Positions 49,866-60,373 of a DNA stretch of 64,000 nt are shown here, piece after piece. The position numbers and the translations under genes are program-made. The stretch lies in assembly GCA_963758495.1 (NCBI GenBank), contig CAVWVI010000003.1, positions 96,001 to 160,000 of the forward strand, given 5' to 3'. The notes beneath the pieces are model-generated. The model did no database searches. It was given only the letters and a program-made list of their open reading frames with translations, and was not told the DNA's origin. Origin of the DNA: Oligoflexia bacterium (GTDB lineage: Bacteria > Bdellovibrionota > UBA1018). Positions within the stretch are counted from its first letter, which is position 1. Every line of letters begins with the position of its first letter.

Positions 49866-51301
49866 TAAACCGCTCTTGACTCAGATGGAGAAACAGCGGC
49901 CTTTCGCTGAAAAATATGAATCGCATGACCCAGAGTGGCCTCTGCTGCTTCCATTAATGTCTCTGGAAGAGTTGGATGAGGATGAACCGTGAGCGCCAAG
50001 TCTTCGACATGAGCACCCATTTCCAAGGCCAATGCTGCTTCCGAAATTAAATTCGATGCCTCAGCACCTACAATATGGACTCCTAAGAGCCTGCCCGTTT
50101 TAGCGTCCCCAATCATTTTTACAAAACCATCAGGCTCAGAGACCGAAAGGGCTCGGCCATTTGCTGCATAAGGGAACATCCCCACTTGAATATTTAGATT
50201 TTTCACCTTCGCTTCTGCTTCGGTCATTCCCACTGTTGCAATTTCGGGATCAGTAAAAATAACTGCCGGCATTGCCACCACGTCATAGACTGACTTCTTC
50301 CCACAAATCGCTTCCGCAGCAATGATTCCTTCTTTTGAGCCCTTATGAGCGAGAAGTGGCTGCCCAGCAATATCACCAATTGCATAAATATGAGAAACAG
50401 AAGTCTGGCGCTGTGCATTTACAGCTAAGAAGCCCTTTTCGTCTGTCTTTAAGCCTGCTTTATCCAAGCCAATCGCATCAGAATTAGGGGTCCTTCCAAT
50501 AGTCACGAGGACTGCTTCAAATTCCATCTTTTTCTCAGTGCTGCCTTCTTGAAGAGTCACTTCCACGCTCTGAGATGTTTTCTTCAATCCTTTCACCTGA
50601 GTTTTCAACAGAACGGTAACACCTGCTTTTCCTAATTTACGTGCGACTACTTGGGTCAAATCAGGGTCCACTCCCGCAAGCAAATTCCCTGTAGCTTCAA
50701 CGACAGTGACTTTTGTACCTACTTTTGAATAGAAAGTTCCCAATTCCAAACCAATATACCCGCCGCCAATACAAAGCATGGATTTTGGAATCTTCTGCAT
50801 GCTCAAGGCACCTGTGCTATCCAGTACTTGCTTTTGATCTATTTCAAATCCACGAAGTGAGGTGGGACGAGAACCCGTTGCAATCACGCATTGATTGAAA
50901 TTCAATTGAGTCATACCGGCAGAAGTTTTCACCTCAAGGCTTTTAGGACCTGTAAAACGAGCCTCACCTTGAATGAATTGGCAGCCATTTGCCTTCAGCA
51001 AGGAGGCAACCCCACCTGTCAGCTTTTGCACTACCGATTCTTTCCATTTCATGAGTTTGGGAAAATTGATTTTGGCGCCTTCAATTTCTAACCCGATTTC
51101 ACTCGCGTGAGACATCTTCTCAAAAAGAGTACCGGCATGAATTAAAGCTTTGGATGGAATACAGCCTCGATTCAAACAAACGCCGCCGACCTCCGCCCGA
51201 TCCACCACGGTTACTTTTTTACCGAGTTGAGCAAGACGAATAGCACAAACGTATCCCGCTGGCCCTGCACCTAAAACGACAACATCCACTTGGTTTGACA
51301 T
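49865..51301 (-). CDS. lpdA: Dihydrolipoyl dehydrogenase (E3)
   Basis: GAGPAGY, GGVCLNRGCIPSK, HPHPTLPE. Confidence 0.96.
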   Translation of the reverse strand: MSNQVDVVVLGAGPAGYVCAIRLAQLGKKVTVVDRAEVGGVCLNRGCIPSKALIHAGTLFEKMSHASEIGLEIEGAKINFPKLMKWKESVVQKLTGGVASLLKANGCQFIQGEARFTGPKSLEVKTSAGMTQLNFNQCVIATGSRPTSLRGFEIDQKQVLDSTGALSMQKIPKSMLCIGGGYIGLELGTFYSKVGTKVTVVEATGNLLAGVDPDLTQVVARKLGKAGVTVLLKTQVKGLKKTSQSVEVTLQEGSTEKKMEFEAVLVTIGRTPNSDAIGLDKAGLKTDEKGFLAVNAQRQTSVSHIYAIGDIAGQPLLAHKGSKEGIIAAEAICGKKSVYDVVAMPAVIFTDPEIATVGMTEAEAKVKNLNIQVGMFPYAANGRALSVSEPDGFVKMIGDAKTGRLLGVHIVGAEASNLISEAALALEMGAHVEDLALTVHPHPTLPETLMEAAEATLGHAIHIFQRKAAVSPSESRAV

Positions 51302-51308
51302 AAATTCC

Positions 51309-52574
51309 TTAAAAGCTTTCCAATAAAAGAAGACTCGGATTTTCAATATAGTGAATAAAAAGTTTCATAAAATCAGCACCGATTGCCCCATCCACAATCC
51401 GATGATCCAGGGAAATAGAGAAATACGTCCAATCCCGAATGACGATTTCTTCTCGACCTTGAATCGTCTTCACCACAGGTTTACGGAATATTTTATTAAA
51501 ACCCAAAATTGCGACTTCTGGGTAATTGATCACAGGGGTCGCAAAAAGACCGCCAATGGACCCTGCATTCGTCAAAGTAATGGTGCTCCCTTGAAGATCA
51601 TCCATACTGAGACGTTTCGTTCGAGCACGCTCCACAATATTCTGAATATCACGCGCAAGCTCTAATATGGATTTTTGAGCCACATCTTTTACTACGGGAG
51701 CCATCAAACCATCGTCCGTCTGAACAGAAAGTCCTATATTAAAGTAGTGTTTATAAACAATTTCGCTTCTCTCTTCATCAAGACTAGAATTTAAAATGGG
51801 ATACTGTCGAAGAGCCGCGACCATAGCTTTCATGACAAAAGGCAAATAGGTAATTTTAATCCCTTGTTTAGCTCCAATATCCTTGGCTTGATTCCTTAGC
51901 TTCACCAACTCCGTAGCATCTGCTTCTTCAACATAGGTAAAGTGGGCCGCTTTATCTTTTGAAAGCCGCATTTTCTCAGAAATTTTCTTCCTCAATCCTC
52001 GGAATGGAACTCTTTCTTCACCACGGCTCAAGGACCCACGTAAAGTTTGTGTTGAAGAAGTTGAGCGTTCCACTGAATTCAAAGGTGAACTCAAGGGAGC
52101 GAAAGCGCCTCTTGCTTCAACTTTCGTTAAGTCTTCTTTCATGACACGGCCATGGGGACCAGTCCCTTGCAAATGGGTCAAATCAATACCCATCTCACGC
52201 GCCATCCGTCGTGTTGAGGGCGCCGCTAGAACGCGACTTGCAATCCCCCCCTCTGCAGGGATGGAGTGCGCCTCGGCTGCGTGAGTTTTGGCCTGGGATG
52301 CAGGAGTCGATGAAGACACAGAAGGAGTGGTTTCAGTCGAAGTTCCTCCCTCAAGACTCAACATCAACTGACCTACTTTGACGGTTTCGCCTTCTTTCAC
52401 ATGAAGGGTAGCTACTTTTCCTTCCATGGCAGAAGGGATTTCGACAGTGGCCTTATCTGTCATGATTTCACAAAGAGGTTGATCATATTTTACAGAGTCA
52501 CCTGACTTCACTTTCCATTTTACCAACTCACCTTCGTGAACGCCTTCGCCTAATTCTGGAAGTTTAAATTGCAT
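51309..52574 (-). CDS. 2-oxoacid dehydrogenase E2 (dihydrolipoamide acyltransferase)
   Basis: Lipoyl domain TDKA, E3-binding domain, DHRIVDG. Confidence 0.94.
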   Translation of the reverse strand: MQFKLPELGEGVHEGELVKWKVKSGDSVKYDQPLCEIMTDKATVEIPSAMEGKVATLHVKEGETVKVGQLMLSLEGGTSTETTPSVSSSTPASQAKTHAAEAHSIPAEGGIASRVLAAPSTRRMAREMGIDLTHLQGTGPHGRVMKEDLTKVEARGAFAPLSSPLNSVERSTSSTQTLRGSLSRGEERVPFRGLRKKISEKMRLSKDKAAHFTYVEEADATELVKLRNQAKDIGAKQGIKITYLPFVMKAMVAALRQYPILNSSLDEERSEIVYKHYFNIGLSVQTDDGLMAPVVKDVAQKSILELARDIQNIVERARTKRLSMDDLQGSTITLTNAGSIGGLFATPVINYPEVAILGFNKIFRKPVVKTIQGREEIVIRDWTYFSISLDHRIVDGAIGADFMKLFIHYIENPSLLLLESF

Positions 52575-53595
52575 GGGTCGATCTCCGTTTCTCGATAATT
52601 CCTTTAATAAAAAATTCTCCTGCGCGATAACTTGAACGAACCATGGGTCCAGAAGCTACATACAGAAAGCCTTTGGATTTAGCTTTTTCCCCCAATTCAT
52701 CAAATTCAGCGGGGCTTACATACCGTTCCACAGGAAGATGCTGTAAAGAGGGCCGCAGGTATTGCCCTAAAGTCAGGACATCCACATCGTAACTTCGTAA
52801 GTCATCGAAGGCTTCTCCCAATTCATCTTCCTGTTCACCTAAACCTAGCATAATTGCACTTTTCGTAAACAACTCATCATGCCCAATCGTTTTTGCGTAA
52901 GTCTTTGCGACTCTTAAAGTAGATAAGGATTGAATATAGCCTGCTCTAGGATCTCTCACCCGATATTGTAAACTTTGCACAGTTTCAATATTGTGCGCAT
53001 AGACATCCAAACGAGAATCTACGATGGTCTGTATGGCTTCAAGATCCCCTCTAAAGTCGGGAACCAATGCTTCAACAATGATACTCGGATCCAGACGTTT
53101 AATCTCACGAATGGTCGCCGCAAAATGGCCTGCGCCACCATCTTTTAAATCATCTCGATCTACTGAAGTCAGTACAACGTAATGTAAACCCAAGGCTGCA
53201 ATACTTTCAGAAATCTTATAAGGCTCTTCTGGATCCAAGGGAGGGGGGAGTCGGGCTGTTTTAATAGCACAAAACCGACAAGCCCGAGTGCAAGTATCAC
53301 CCCCTAACATAAAGGTAGCAGTCCCACTGGACCAACACTCGGACACATTCGGACAATGAGCTTCTTCACAAACTGTGTGAAGATTACGCTCTCTCAATAA
53401 CTCTTTAATCTGAAGATAAGATTCTCCGCCCGGAGGACGAATTTTGAGCCACTCTGGCTTACGGGTTGCGAGAATCTGTGCGGCCTTGGAAGGAGAAAGA
53501 GGGCGTGCCACCTTTCGCTTTTCCCGATCAGCATCCTGATTCGTTTCTCCACAGGCTTTCGGCTCTAAAACCGGTAACTCAAGAAATATACTCAT
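52564..53595 (-). CDS. lipA: Lipoyl synthase
   Basis: [25 protein letters not shown]. Confidence 0.97.
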   Translation of the reverse strand: MSIFLELPVLEPKACGETNQDADREKRKVARPLSPSKAAQILATRKPEWLKIRPPGGESYLQIKELLRERNLHTVCEEAHCPNVSECWSSGTATFMLGGDTCTRACRFCAIKTARLPPPLDPEEPYKISESIAALGLHYVVLTSVDRDDLKDGGAGHFAATIREIKRLDPSIIVEALVPDFRGDLEAIQTIVDSRLDVYAHNIETVQSLQYRVRDPRAGYIQSLSTLRVAKTYAKTIGHDELFTKSAIMLGLGEQEDELGEAFDDLRSYDVDVLTLGQYLRPSLQHLPVERYVSPAEFDELGEKAKSKGFLYVASGPMVRSSYRAGEFFIKGIIEKRRSTHAI

Positions 53596-53607
53596 GGTTG
53601 TAGGTTG

Positions 53608-53636
53608 GTTATAGTGCTGTCACTCCCCCTTCGCAA
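53608..53636 (-). promoter_or_regulatory. Sigma70-like promoter for lipA operon
   Basis: TTGCGA-17 bp-TATAAC on the minus strand. Confidence 0.55.
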
Positions 53637-53638
53637 TG

Positions 53639-53668
53639 AAAAAAGCCCCCCGAGTTTACCGGGGGGCT
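53639..53668 (-). terminator. Rho-independent terminator
   Basis: AGCCCCCCG-GTAAACT-CGGGGGGCT followed by a T run. Confidence 0.85.
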
Positions 53669-53708
53669 CTGAGAGAGAGGAGTAGTATGAGCCGCTTCCT
53701 GCGGACAA
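53639..53708 (-). ncRNA. Candidate ~70-nt sigma54-dependent small RNA
   Basis: Bounded by a sigma54-like promoter and a terminator; no ORF; 5' hairpin CCGC-AGGAA-GCGG and CU-rich linker. Confidence 0.6.
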
Positions 53709-53718
53709 GGGAATCATC

Positions 53719-53735
53719 TGCACTTAAGATGCCAA
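53719..53735 (-). promoter_or_regulatory. Sigma54-like (-24/-12) promoter
   Basis: Minus strand TTGGCATCTTAAGTGCA with GG and GC correctly spaced. Confidence 0.65.
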
Positions 53736-53924
53736 CCTACTCAAAGGCGTCAACCTACAGCAATCAGCCGAAAAAAAACTGAAAACACGATTTCAGACGA
53801 GAAAAAACAGGGCTTTTCGCAAACAACAGGGAGCTTCCAGGGCAATTTGCAGGACGCTGTTAAAAACTTAACGCCGCCTCGCATTATAGACAGAAGTCAG
53901 CAGCTTTGCGAAACTAGAAGAAAG

Positions 53925-55997
53925 ATGCCAAAAACCATTCCTCCCTTTAAAATCCGACATCTACATCAATCAGAAAAAGGGCAGATCTCCATCATGATTG
54001 GTCTTATGATGATGACCTTCATTCTTTTCTTTGCATTCGTGATTAATGTCGGCATGCTCGTGAATGCGAAGATCAACTTACAAAATGCCGCTGACCTTGC
54101 CGCTTATGCCGGAGCGGCAACTCAAGCACGTCAATTGACACATATCTCCTACCTCAACTATGAAATGAGACGACAGTGGAAAAAATTCCTCTTTAGAATT
54201 TACGTCATCGGAAATATGTCACAAGACAGCTTCCCCCATGGAGGTGGAAGCGGCCCTATGAATTATATCCCGAACAACCAAGACGGCAGAGACTATCAAG
54301 TACCCACCACCTGTGTCATCTTCAACTCAACTGATAATTATTGTCATTTAACGGCTTTACCGGCGATCGCAATACCCAATTCAAATGCGGCCTCAAATTT
54401 TTTGGATTCAGTCACGGCGACCTTAACCGCACAACTTCAAGCCATAGAAAATATTCGACAGAATAACTGTAAAACGATTGGGATTACGAATAAAATGCTC
54501 AATATTTACTGGCTATTCAATGCAGATCCCAATCTCTCTCAGCTCGATGATACTTCAAATTCAAACCTCAGCATAGAGCAACAAAATGCCCTTAAAATTG
54601 TCAGAGGACTTGCTCATGGACTGGGAATTCTACCCAGAGAGGCGATTTTGAGAATGCGAATTCAAACGCTGAGCGACTACGTGAATAGCCCCGCTTTAAA
54701 AGATCAAACGATCGACGCGATTCAGAAGCTATCCAAAGGCCCCGATCCAATGGCAAATGAAAGAACCATTCAGGCTTTTTACTCAGCCTATTACACGTTA
54801 GGAAATCATACTTTTCCTGCGAGCACGATCAGTCTAGACGAACTTTTACCTGGAACACCTTCCCAAGCAGATTTACTTAAATTAGAGAACGTTTCACAAC
54901 CGTTTGATCTCTGGGCTGTTGATTTTATGCTGAATGGACATGGGGATTGTGCCGCTGTACTCGTTCCTATCCCAGTTAAACCTGGGCCCATAGTGGGTGT
55001 CTATAAAGACTCTCAAATGCTCACTTATTATGCGATTCGCCTGAAGGCAAAAGCAAAAATTCTTTTCTCACCCTTTGGTGACATCGATATGAAAGCCTAT
55101 GCAGCGGCTCAACCTTTTGGAAGTCGGATTGGTCCAGGTCCAAATCAAAAGCTCTCTTTCGCAGCCCAAGAACTTCCGAATTCAGCATTTCTTATCCCAG
55201 GAAATTCTCCCACTGGCTTAATTCCCAGTGTTTCCGTCCAAGCGGGAGAGAATGTTGCTAAAGGAATCGCCTGGGACACCCAGGATATGCAGTCAGCCCT
55301 CTACAGCTACTTAACCCATACGAACAACCCAGGAAGTTCCAGTACTGTTGATTTTAATGCAATTGAGAGCGCCTATGTCCCTGCCATGGCCCCTAATCCT
55401 TGGGAAACCAACCAGTACAACATTCCCAATGACATGTTGGGAGTCAATGATACTCCCGGCGATTCGTTTGTAAGGAATTTTGGAAATGATAATTATATGG
55501 CTTTTTGGGCTCCGGTGCTTCCACCCGGCTCACCCGCTAGTGTAAATGATAGAATTCAGATGTACCTCACCCCTCTCCCTGACACCCTTCAAGGTAATAA
55601 TACAACCGACCCAAGCAGTAATAATTCAGCAGCCATTACGGCAATCAAAGAATCACTGAAAATCGATTTGGAAAAATACGTATCGTCCACTCTCGCACGA
55701 GGTGCCGGAGAAGAGGGCGAAAGTCTCAACATTGTAAGGATCAAGAATCCTTTACTCAAAACAGATCTCAACCAAAAACTCTTCGTAACCGATAACCGCA
55801 AACTAAAAACCTCCTGGAATAGCGTCAACGATATTAACTTAAGAAAGGAGGGACGAGTGGGATACAGTGTGAAATTCGTCTCTTTCGATTCGCTTACACA
55901 GCACAAAAATCGATTAAGCGACCAAGGAGATACTCTAACAAATGACTTACCCCCAGAATCTGAGAGTGATCAGGATATTCCTTCTATCAAACATTGA
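53925..55997 (+). CDS. TadG-like Tad pilus protein
   Basis: Prepilin-like EKGQ plus hydrophobic helix, LQNAADLAAYAGA. Confidence 0.85.
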   Translation: MPKTIPPFKIRHLHQSEKGQISIMIGLMMMTFILFFAFVINVGMLVNAKINLQNAADLAAYAGAATQARQLTHISYLNYEMRRQWKKFLFRIYVIGNMSQDSFPHGGGSGPMNYIPNNQDGRDYQVPTTCVIFNSTDNYCHLTALPAIAIPNSNAASNFLDSVTATLTAQLQAIENIRQNNCKTIGITNKMLNIYWLFNADPNLSQLDDTSNSNLSIEQQNALKIVRGLAHGLGILPREAILRMRIQTLSDYVNSPALKDQTIDAIQKLSKGPDPMANERTIQAFYSAYYTLGNHTFPASTISLDELLPGTPSQADLLKLENVSQPFDLWAVDFMLNGHGDCAAVLVPIPVKPGPIVGVYKDSQMLTYYAIRLKAKAKILFSPFGDIDMKAYAAAQPFGSRIGPGPNQKLSFAAQELPNSAFLIPGNSPTGLIPSVSVQAGENVAKGIAWDTQDMQSALYSYLTHTNNPGSSSTVDFNAIESAYVPAMAPNPWETNQYNIPNDMLGVNDTPGDSFVRNFGNDNYMAFWAPVLPPGSPASVNDRIQMYLTPLPDTLQGNNTTDPSSNNSAAITAIKESLKIDLEKYVSSTLARGAGEEGESLNIVRIKNPLLKTDLNQKLFVTDNRKLKTSWNSVNDINLRKEGRVGYSVKFVSFDSLTQHKNRLSDQGDTLTNDLPPESESDQDIPSIKH

Positions 55998-56173
55998 ACT
56001 GTAAGCACTGTAAGGAGTCCTGTTGCAGTGCTCGTCAACAACCCTAAAGGAATGTTTACCATTGAGCGTAAGCTATGTGATACTTACTTCAATTACTTGT
56101 TGCAAAGCTTGCACACCTAAGGCTATTTTCGATTATGAAGATTTTTAATTAGATTAACTTGGAGAAAGTAAAT

Positions 56174-56632
56174 ATGGCGAAGAAAAAAAAGGCTCAACCG
56201 AAAAAGAAAAAAGCTGCTCCTAAAAAAGCAAAAAAAGTTGCTAAAAAGGCCGCTAAAAAACCTGCTAAAAAAGTTACTAAAGTAGCTAAAGTAGCTAAGG
56301 GCAAATCTTCTGTTGCTAAGAAAAGTGCTGTTAAAAAGCTTGCTAAAAAACCTGCTAAAAAAACAGCAGCACCCGTGAAGAAAAAGGCCGCCGCTAAAAA
56401 AGTGGCTCGTCCGACCGTAATTCGTCGACCAGCACAGGCTCGACGAAGCACCCCAAGCTCGGAGGCTCTTCGATCCAGCACCCTCCCGTCCTCATCCACT
56501 TCTAATGTCGGATCTACTCTCAGTGGTTTCGCAGGTGGTTTGGCTGGCGGGGCAATCGGTTCTGCATTTGGTTCATCTTTTGGCGAAAAAGACCATGGAC
56601 GAAATCACGGAACGGATGAATCCGAAGAATAA
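56174..56632 (+). CDS. Histone H1-like K/A/P-rich protein
   Basis: KKAAPKK/KKPAKK repeats; RBS ggag; Gly-rich and acidic tail. Confidence 0.8.
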   Translation: MAKKKKAQPKKKKAAPKKAKKVAKKAAKKPAKKVTKVAKVAKGKSSVAKKSAVKKLAKKPAKKTAAPVKKKAAAKKVARPTVIRRPAQARRSTPSSEALRSSTLPSSSTSNVGSTLSGFAGGLAGGAIGSAFGSSFGEKDHGRNHGTDESEE

Positions 56633-56732
56633 GTCTTTAGCATTTGCGTGAGTATTCGGGCATCGGCGTCAACCCAAAAGTGCTAGCTGTAGCCCGAATG
56701 CTTACCCAAGCTAATTCTGACCGATCAAGCTC

Positions 56733-58118
56733 ATGGAAATTAGGGACGTTATTCATGGTTCAGTAACTATCGACTTATTTGAACTTCCTATTGTCGATTC
56801 ACGATTCTTTCAAAGACTGAGACAGATCAAACAGTTGGGTTTTGCTGAAATCTCTTTTCCCAGCGCAACCCATAATCGTTACATTCATAGCCTGGGAGCG
56901 ATGAGAACCGCTACCCAAGCATTTGAAACCATTTTTACTATTGACCCCAACACGAGCCATAAAATCCAACTCCCCGCTTCTTCCTTTCTACGATTTCGTT
57001 CTGCAGTACGACTCGCAGCTCTTCTTCATGATGTAGGGCATGGCCCTCTTTCTCATACAACAGAATTCGCAATGCCAGACGTCAGAGAGCTACGCCTTCC
57101 CCTCTCACTTTTCAGCAAAACTAAATCGAGAAAGGCAACCCATGAGGATTATACTTTAAAAATCATCTTAGATTCAGAACTCACGCCTCTGATCGAGAAG
57201 GCAGGACAGCAGACTGGGGTAAAACCCATTCATGTGGCCGGGTTATTAGAACCCAAAGTCGATATTGTAGATCAGTTTTTTATCGATTCGCCAAGACACC
57301 CTCTTTTGAAAGACGGAGAAAAAATAGATTTTCGACCTATTTTAAAACAAATCATCTCAAGCGAACTCGATGCTGATCGAATGGACTACCTGAGACGAGA
57401 TAGTTTGTATGCAGGTGTGAGCTATGGGCAGTTTGATTTCGATTGGTTACTGAACAACCTAACCGCCCATTTTAACTTCGGAAAATGCTATTTAGGACTT
57501 CAACATCGCGCCTTATATGCTTTTGAAGACTTTCTGATCTCACGGTATCACATGTTTTTAATGATTTATTTTCATCATAAAAGTGTGATTTTCGATGAAT
57601 TGCTGGCGCAGTATTTCGCAAGCCCTGATTGCGATTACTTCTTACCTTCTGATATTGAAAAATACTGTGACTATAATGATGCTCATCTCAGTGCCCATTT
57701 AGCAAAGAGCACAAACCCATGGGCTAAAAGAATCATTGAGAAGCGCCCTTATCAAATGCTAGTGGAACTTCATAGCGGAATTCCAGCCACAAAAACAGCT
57801 CGGCTAGAGCAAGAACTTCTTTTGAAAGAAATTCAAGAAGACCTTCAGCAACGAAAGATTCATTACCTGATCTCCACCTCCACCAGTGAGCTTTCAAAAT
57901 ACTTTAGGCGTCCTGGGGATCCCATCTTTGTCCGCTATGACAATCACTACAGTACAACCAGCTTCATCCCACTCGAACAATGCACCGACCTTTTCCAACG
58001 CTACGAAGAAAAGCGTTTTATCACACGTCTTTATGTTTCACCGGAGGATTATGTCGATTGTAAGCACCAAGGGCCGCGATCTCCTCTCAAGTACGAGGAG
58101 CATTCTTCGTCGCAATAG
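56733..58118 (+). CDS. HD-domain phosphohydrolase (dNTP triphosphohydrolase-like)
   Basis: IRDVIHG, FQRLRQIKQLG, HNRYIHSLG, LLHDVGHGPLSH, DADRMDYL. Confidence 0.92.
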   Translation: MEIRDVIHGSVTIDLFELPIVDSRFFQRLRQIKQLGFAEISFPSATHNRYIHSLGAMRTATQAFETIFTIDPNTSHKIQLPASSFLRFRSAVRLAALLHDVGHGPLSHTTEFAMPDVRELRLPLSLFSKTKSRKATHEDYTLKIILDSELTPLIEKAGQQTGVKPIHVAGLLEPKVDIVDQFFIDSPRHPLLKDGEKIDFRPILKQIISSELDADRMDYLRRDSLYAGVSYGQFDFDWLLNNLTAHFNFGKCYLGLQHRALYAFEDFLISRYHMFLMIYFHHKSVIFDELLAQYFASPDCDYFLPSDIEKYCDYNDAHLSAHLAKSTNPWAKRIIEKRPYQMLVELHSGIPATKTARLEQELLLKEIQEDLQQRKIHYLISTSTSELSKYFRRPGDPIFVRYDNHYSTTSFIPLEQCTDLFQRYEEKRFITRLYVSPEDYVDCKHQGPRSPLKYEEHSSSQ

Positions 58119-58138
58119 CGAAGCTCTCCAAGCCGCAG

Positions 58139-59083
58139 TCAAGAATCAAGTAATGAACCATTTTCCAGCTGCTGATCGGGCGTCTTAAACGTCATAAAAT
58201 CCTTAATATCGATGCAAGAATCTAAACTAGGCTCTAGGACTTGAGCACTCACCCCACCCAGTTCCTCTTCAGGATGATTAAAAATTTTCTGAAGTGTTCG
58301 ACACATATGACTTGCATGCAACCCATCGATAATTCTGTGGTCGAAAGTGGCGCAGAGTCGCATCATAGGTGCAACTTCAATTTTTCCATTTTTCGCAATG
58401 ACTGTTTCTTTAACAGCTCCTACTGCAATCAACATAGGAACCCGAGAATAGGGGACAAGAGGAGCAAACGCCATATCTAACCCTAGAGATCCAATATTGG
58501 TAATCATAATACTCCCAAAAGGATCTTTTGGACTTCCTAATAATGGACTCCAAATGTTTAACGAATACATCAGGAATCCCGCTATATTTATAATAGGATG
58601 AATCAGAAGGCCTGGAATGGACCCCATAGATTTTTTCATCTTTTTAAAGCTAGGATCCCCTTTTTCTCGAATGGATTTAACACGTTCGTGCAATTCCTTC
58701 GCAATTTCAGGAAGAGATTTTAAATTAGCTTTACGAATAGTCGTACCTGATAAGTCCTTACCCGATGAGTCGTTCGCCACTTGAAAAAAGATATCGATGG
58801 TTTTTCTAGGATAAATCTTTCCAAAACGGAGGATACAGTTGATCTCTGGATGAAGCTCCAAGGTTCGAGCAAATGCCTTTCCCACAAGGTGGGTAAGAGT
58901 GAGTTTATAATCTGTCTGTTTTTTCAACTTTTCAAGGTAAACCAAAGCAGGACCCACATCAAGATCCAAGGTCCCGTAAACACTGGGATCTCCGACCGTT
59001 TGCCAAGTCCCAATGGCAACTTTTCTCCAGCTTGAAATTTTGAGAGGAGGCCCTAGGTCTAGATTCTTTGAGAACAAAGGCAT
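58139..59083 (-). CDS. Stand-alone E2-type acyltransferase catalytic domain
   Basis: ITNIGSLG, TFDHRIIDG; no lipoyl domain. Confidence 0.85.
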   Translation of the reverse strand: MPLFSKNLDLGPPLKISSWRKVAIGTWQTVGDPSVYGTLDLDVGPALVYLEKLKKQTDYKLTLTHLVGKAFARTLELHPEINCILRFGKIYPRKTIDIFFQVANDSSGKDLSGTTIRKANLKSLPEIAKELHERVKSIREKGDPSFKKMKKSMGSIPGLLIHPIINIAGFLMYSLNIWSPLLGSPKDPFGSIMITNIGSLGLDMAFAPLVPYSRVPMLIAVGAVKETVIAKNGKIEVAPMMRLCATFDHRIIDGLHASHMCRTLQKIFNHPEEELGGVSAQVLEPSLDSCIDIKDFMTFKTPDQQLENGSLLDS

Positions 59084-59148
59084 GGCTTCAGTTAACCTAA
59101 AGTATTCCGTATGGCAACTTCAATTCTAGACTCCATTTTTACTTTACA

Positions 59149-59177
59149 AATAGCGAAATGACGGCAATTTTGCTATT
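59149..59177. promoter_or_regulatory. Inverted repeat upstream of AAA ATPase gene
   Basis: aatagcgaaat-N7-attttgctatt (10/11 match). Confidence 0.45.
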
Positions 59178-59189
59178 ATAGATAGCACT

Positions 59190-60347
59190 ATGAAATTTAT
59201 CAATAGACTCATGGAATTACCTAATCGCTCTTTTTTTCTTTTAGGTCCCAGGGCGACCGGCAAAACCACCTGGCTCAAACAACGGCTTCCTCATGCAAGC
59301 TGGTACAATCTTCTTCGAACGCAGGAATACCTTCGGCTTTCCAATTCCGACACGTTCGTTAAAGAGGTCTCCTCTCTCCCCGAAGGAAGTTGGATAGTCA
59401 TTGATGAAGTCCAGAGGCGACCGGAGCTTCTCAATGAAGTGCATTATTTAATGGGTGAATTTGGTAACAAATATCGTTTTGCCTTAACTGGCTCCAGTGC
59501 ACGAAAACTGAAAAGTAAGGATGTAAATCTTCTAGCAGGACGCGCTAGCACTCAGAAATTTTTCCCCCTGACTTTTGCAGAACTGGGCTCATTGTGGAAT
59601 TTGGACCTGATTTTGAATTATGGCTGTTTACCAGGGATTTACTTAGAAGAAGAGGTTTTGAACCGAATCGAATTCCTCGACGCTTATGCCGATACCTATC
59701 TCAAAGAAGAAATTTTGCAAGAATCAGTCGTAAGAAATCTGGAGGGTTTTAGCAGATTTCTAAAAATTGCAAGTTTGATGAATGGGCAAATTCTTAACAC
59801 TTCAAATACCGGAAGAGACGCCCACATATCTCGTCAAAGTGTTGATAATTATTTCCAAATTTTATCGGACACCCTGATTGGGTTTCATTTGAATGCGTGG
59901 CAGCCACGAGCAAAGGTGAAAGAGGTTGGACATCCAAAGTTCTATTTTTTTGATTCTGGGATCGTGAGAGTCTTATCAGGAAAATTGCGCAGTACGATGG
60001 AAAACATAGATCGTGGGAATCTTTTTGAAACATACTTACTCCATGAAATTAGAGCCTATATTCAATATAAAAAATTAGGGGGCGAATTATTCTATTGGAG
60101 AACTACGTCCGGTACAGAAATTGACTTGATCTGGAATAGAGACCAGGATTCTATTGCATTTGAATTCAAGACTTCGTCCGAATGGAAACCTGACTATCTC
60201 AAAGGCTTCAAGAGTTTCTCTGAAGCTCGCCCACTCAAACGAGCAATAGGTGTTTATTTAGGAGAGAAATCTTTGAAAGCGGATGCCGTGGAAGTTTATC
60301 CAATTCGCAACTTTCTCGAAAAACTGTGGTCAGATCAAATTTTTTGA
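59190..60347 (+). CDS. AAA+ ATPase with DUF4143-like nuclease-fold C-terminus
   Basis: GPRATGKTT, IDEVQR, TGSS, PKFYFFDSG, EIDLI...FEFK. Confidence 0.9.
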   Translation: MKFINRLMELPNRSFFLLGPRATGKTTWLKQRLPHASWYNLLRTQEYLRLSNSDTFVKEVSSLPEGSWIVIDEVQRRPELLNEVHYLMGEFGNKYRFALTGSSARKLKSKDVNLLAGRASTQKFFPLTFAELGSLWNLDLILNYGCLPGIYLEEEVLNRIEFLDAYADTYLKEEILQESVVRNLEGFSRFLKIASLMNGQILNTSNTGRDAHISRQSVDNYFQILSDTLIGFHLNAWQPRAKVKEVGHPKFYFFDSGIVRVLSGKLRSTMENIDRGNLFETYLLHEIRAYIQYKKLGGELFYWRTTSGTEIDLIWNRDQDSIAFEFKTSSEWKPDYLKGFKSFSEARPLKRAIGVYLGEKSLKADAVEVYPIRNFLEKLWSDQIF

Positions 60348-60373
60348 GCAATCTCTGGATCAAGACAATGGGC

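Noticed and set aside
56194..56499. Hydrophobic minus-strand ORF
   Set aside because: Antisense shadow of the lysine-rich H1-like gene.
58139..59083. E2 lacking a lipoyl domain as a truncation
   Set aside because: Intact ORF with the catalytic HxxxDG motif; stand-alone E2-like proteins are a known family.
56733..60347. HD hydrolase plus AAA-DUF4143 ATPase as a defence system
   Set aside because: Both are widespread families and are separated by an opposite-strand acyltransferase gene; no operon link.
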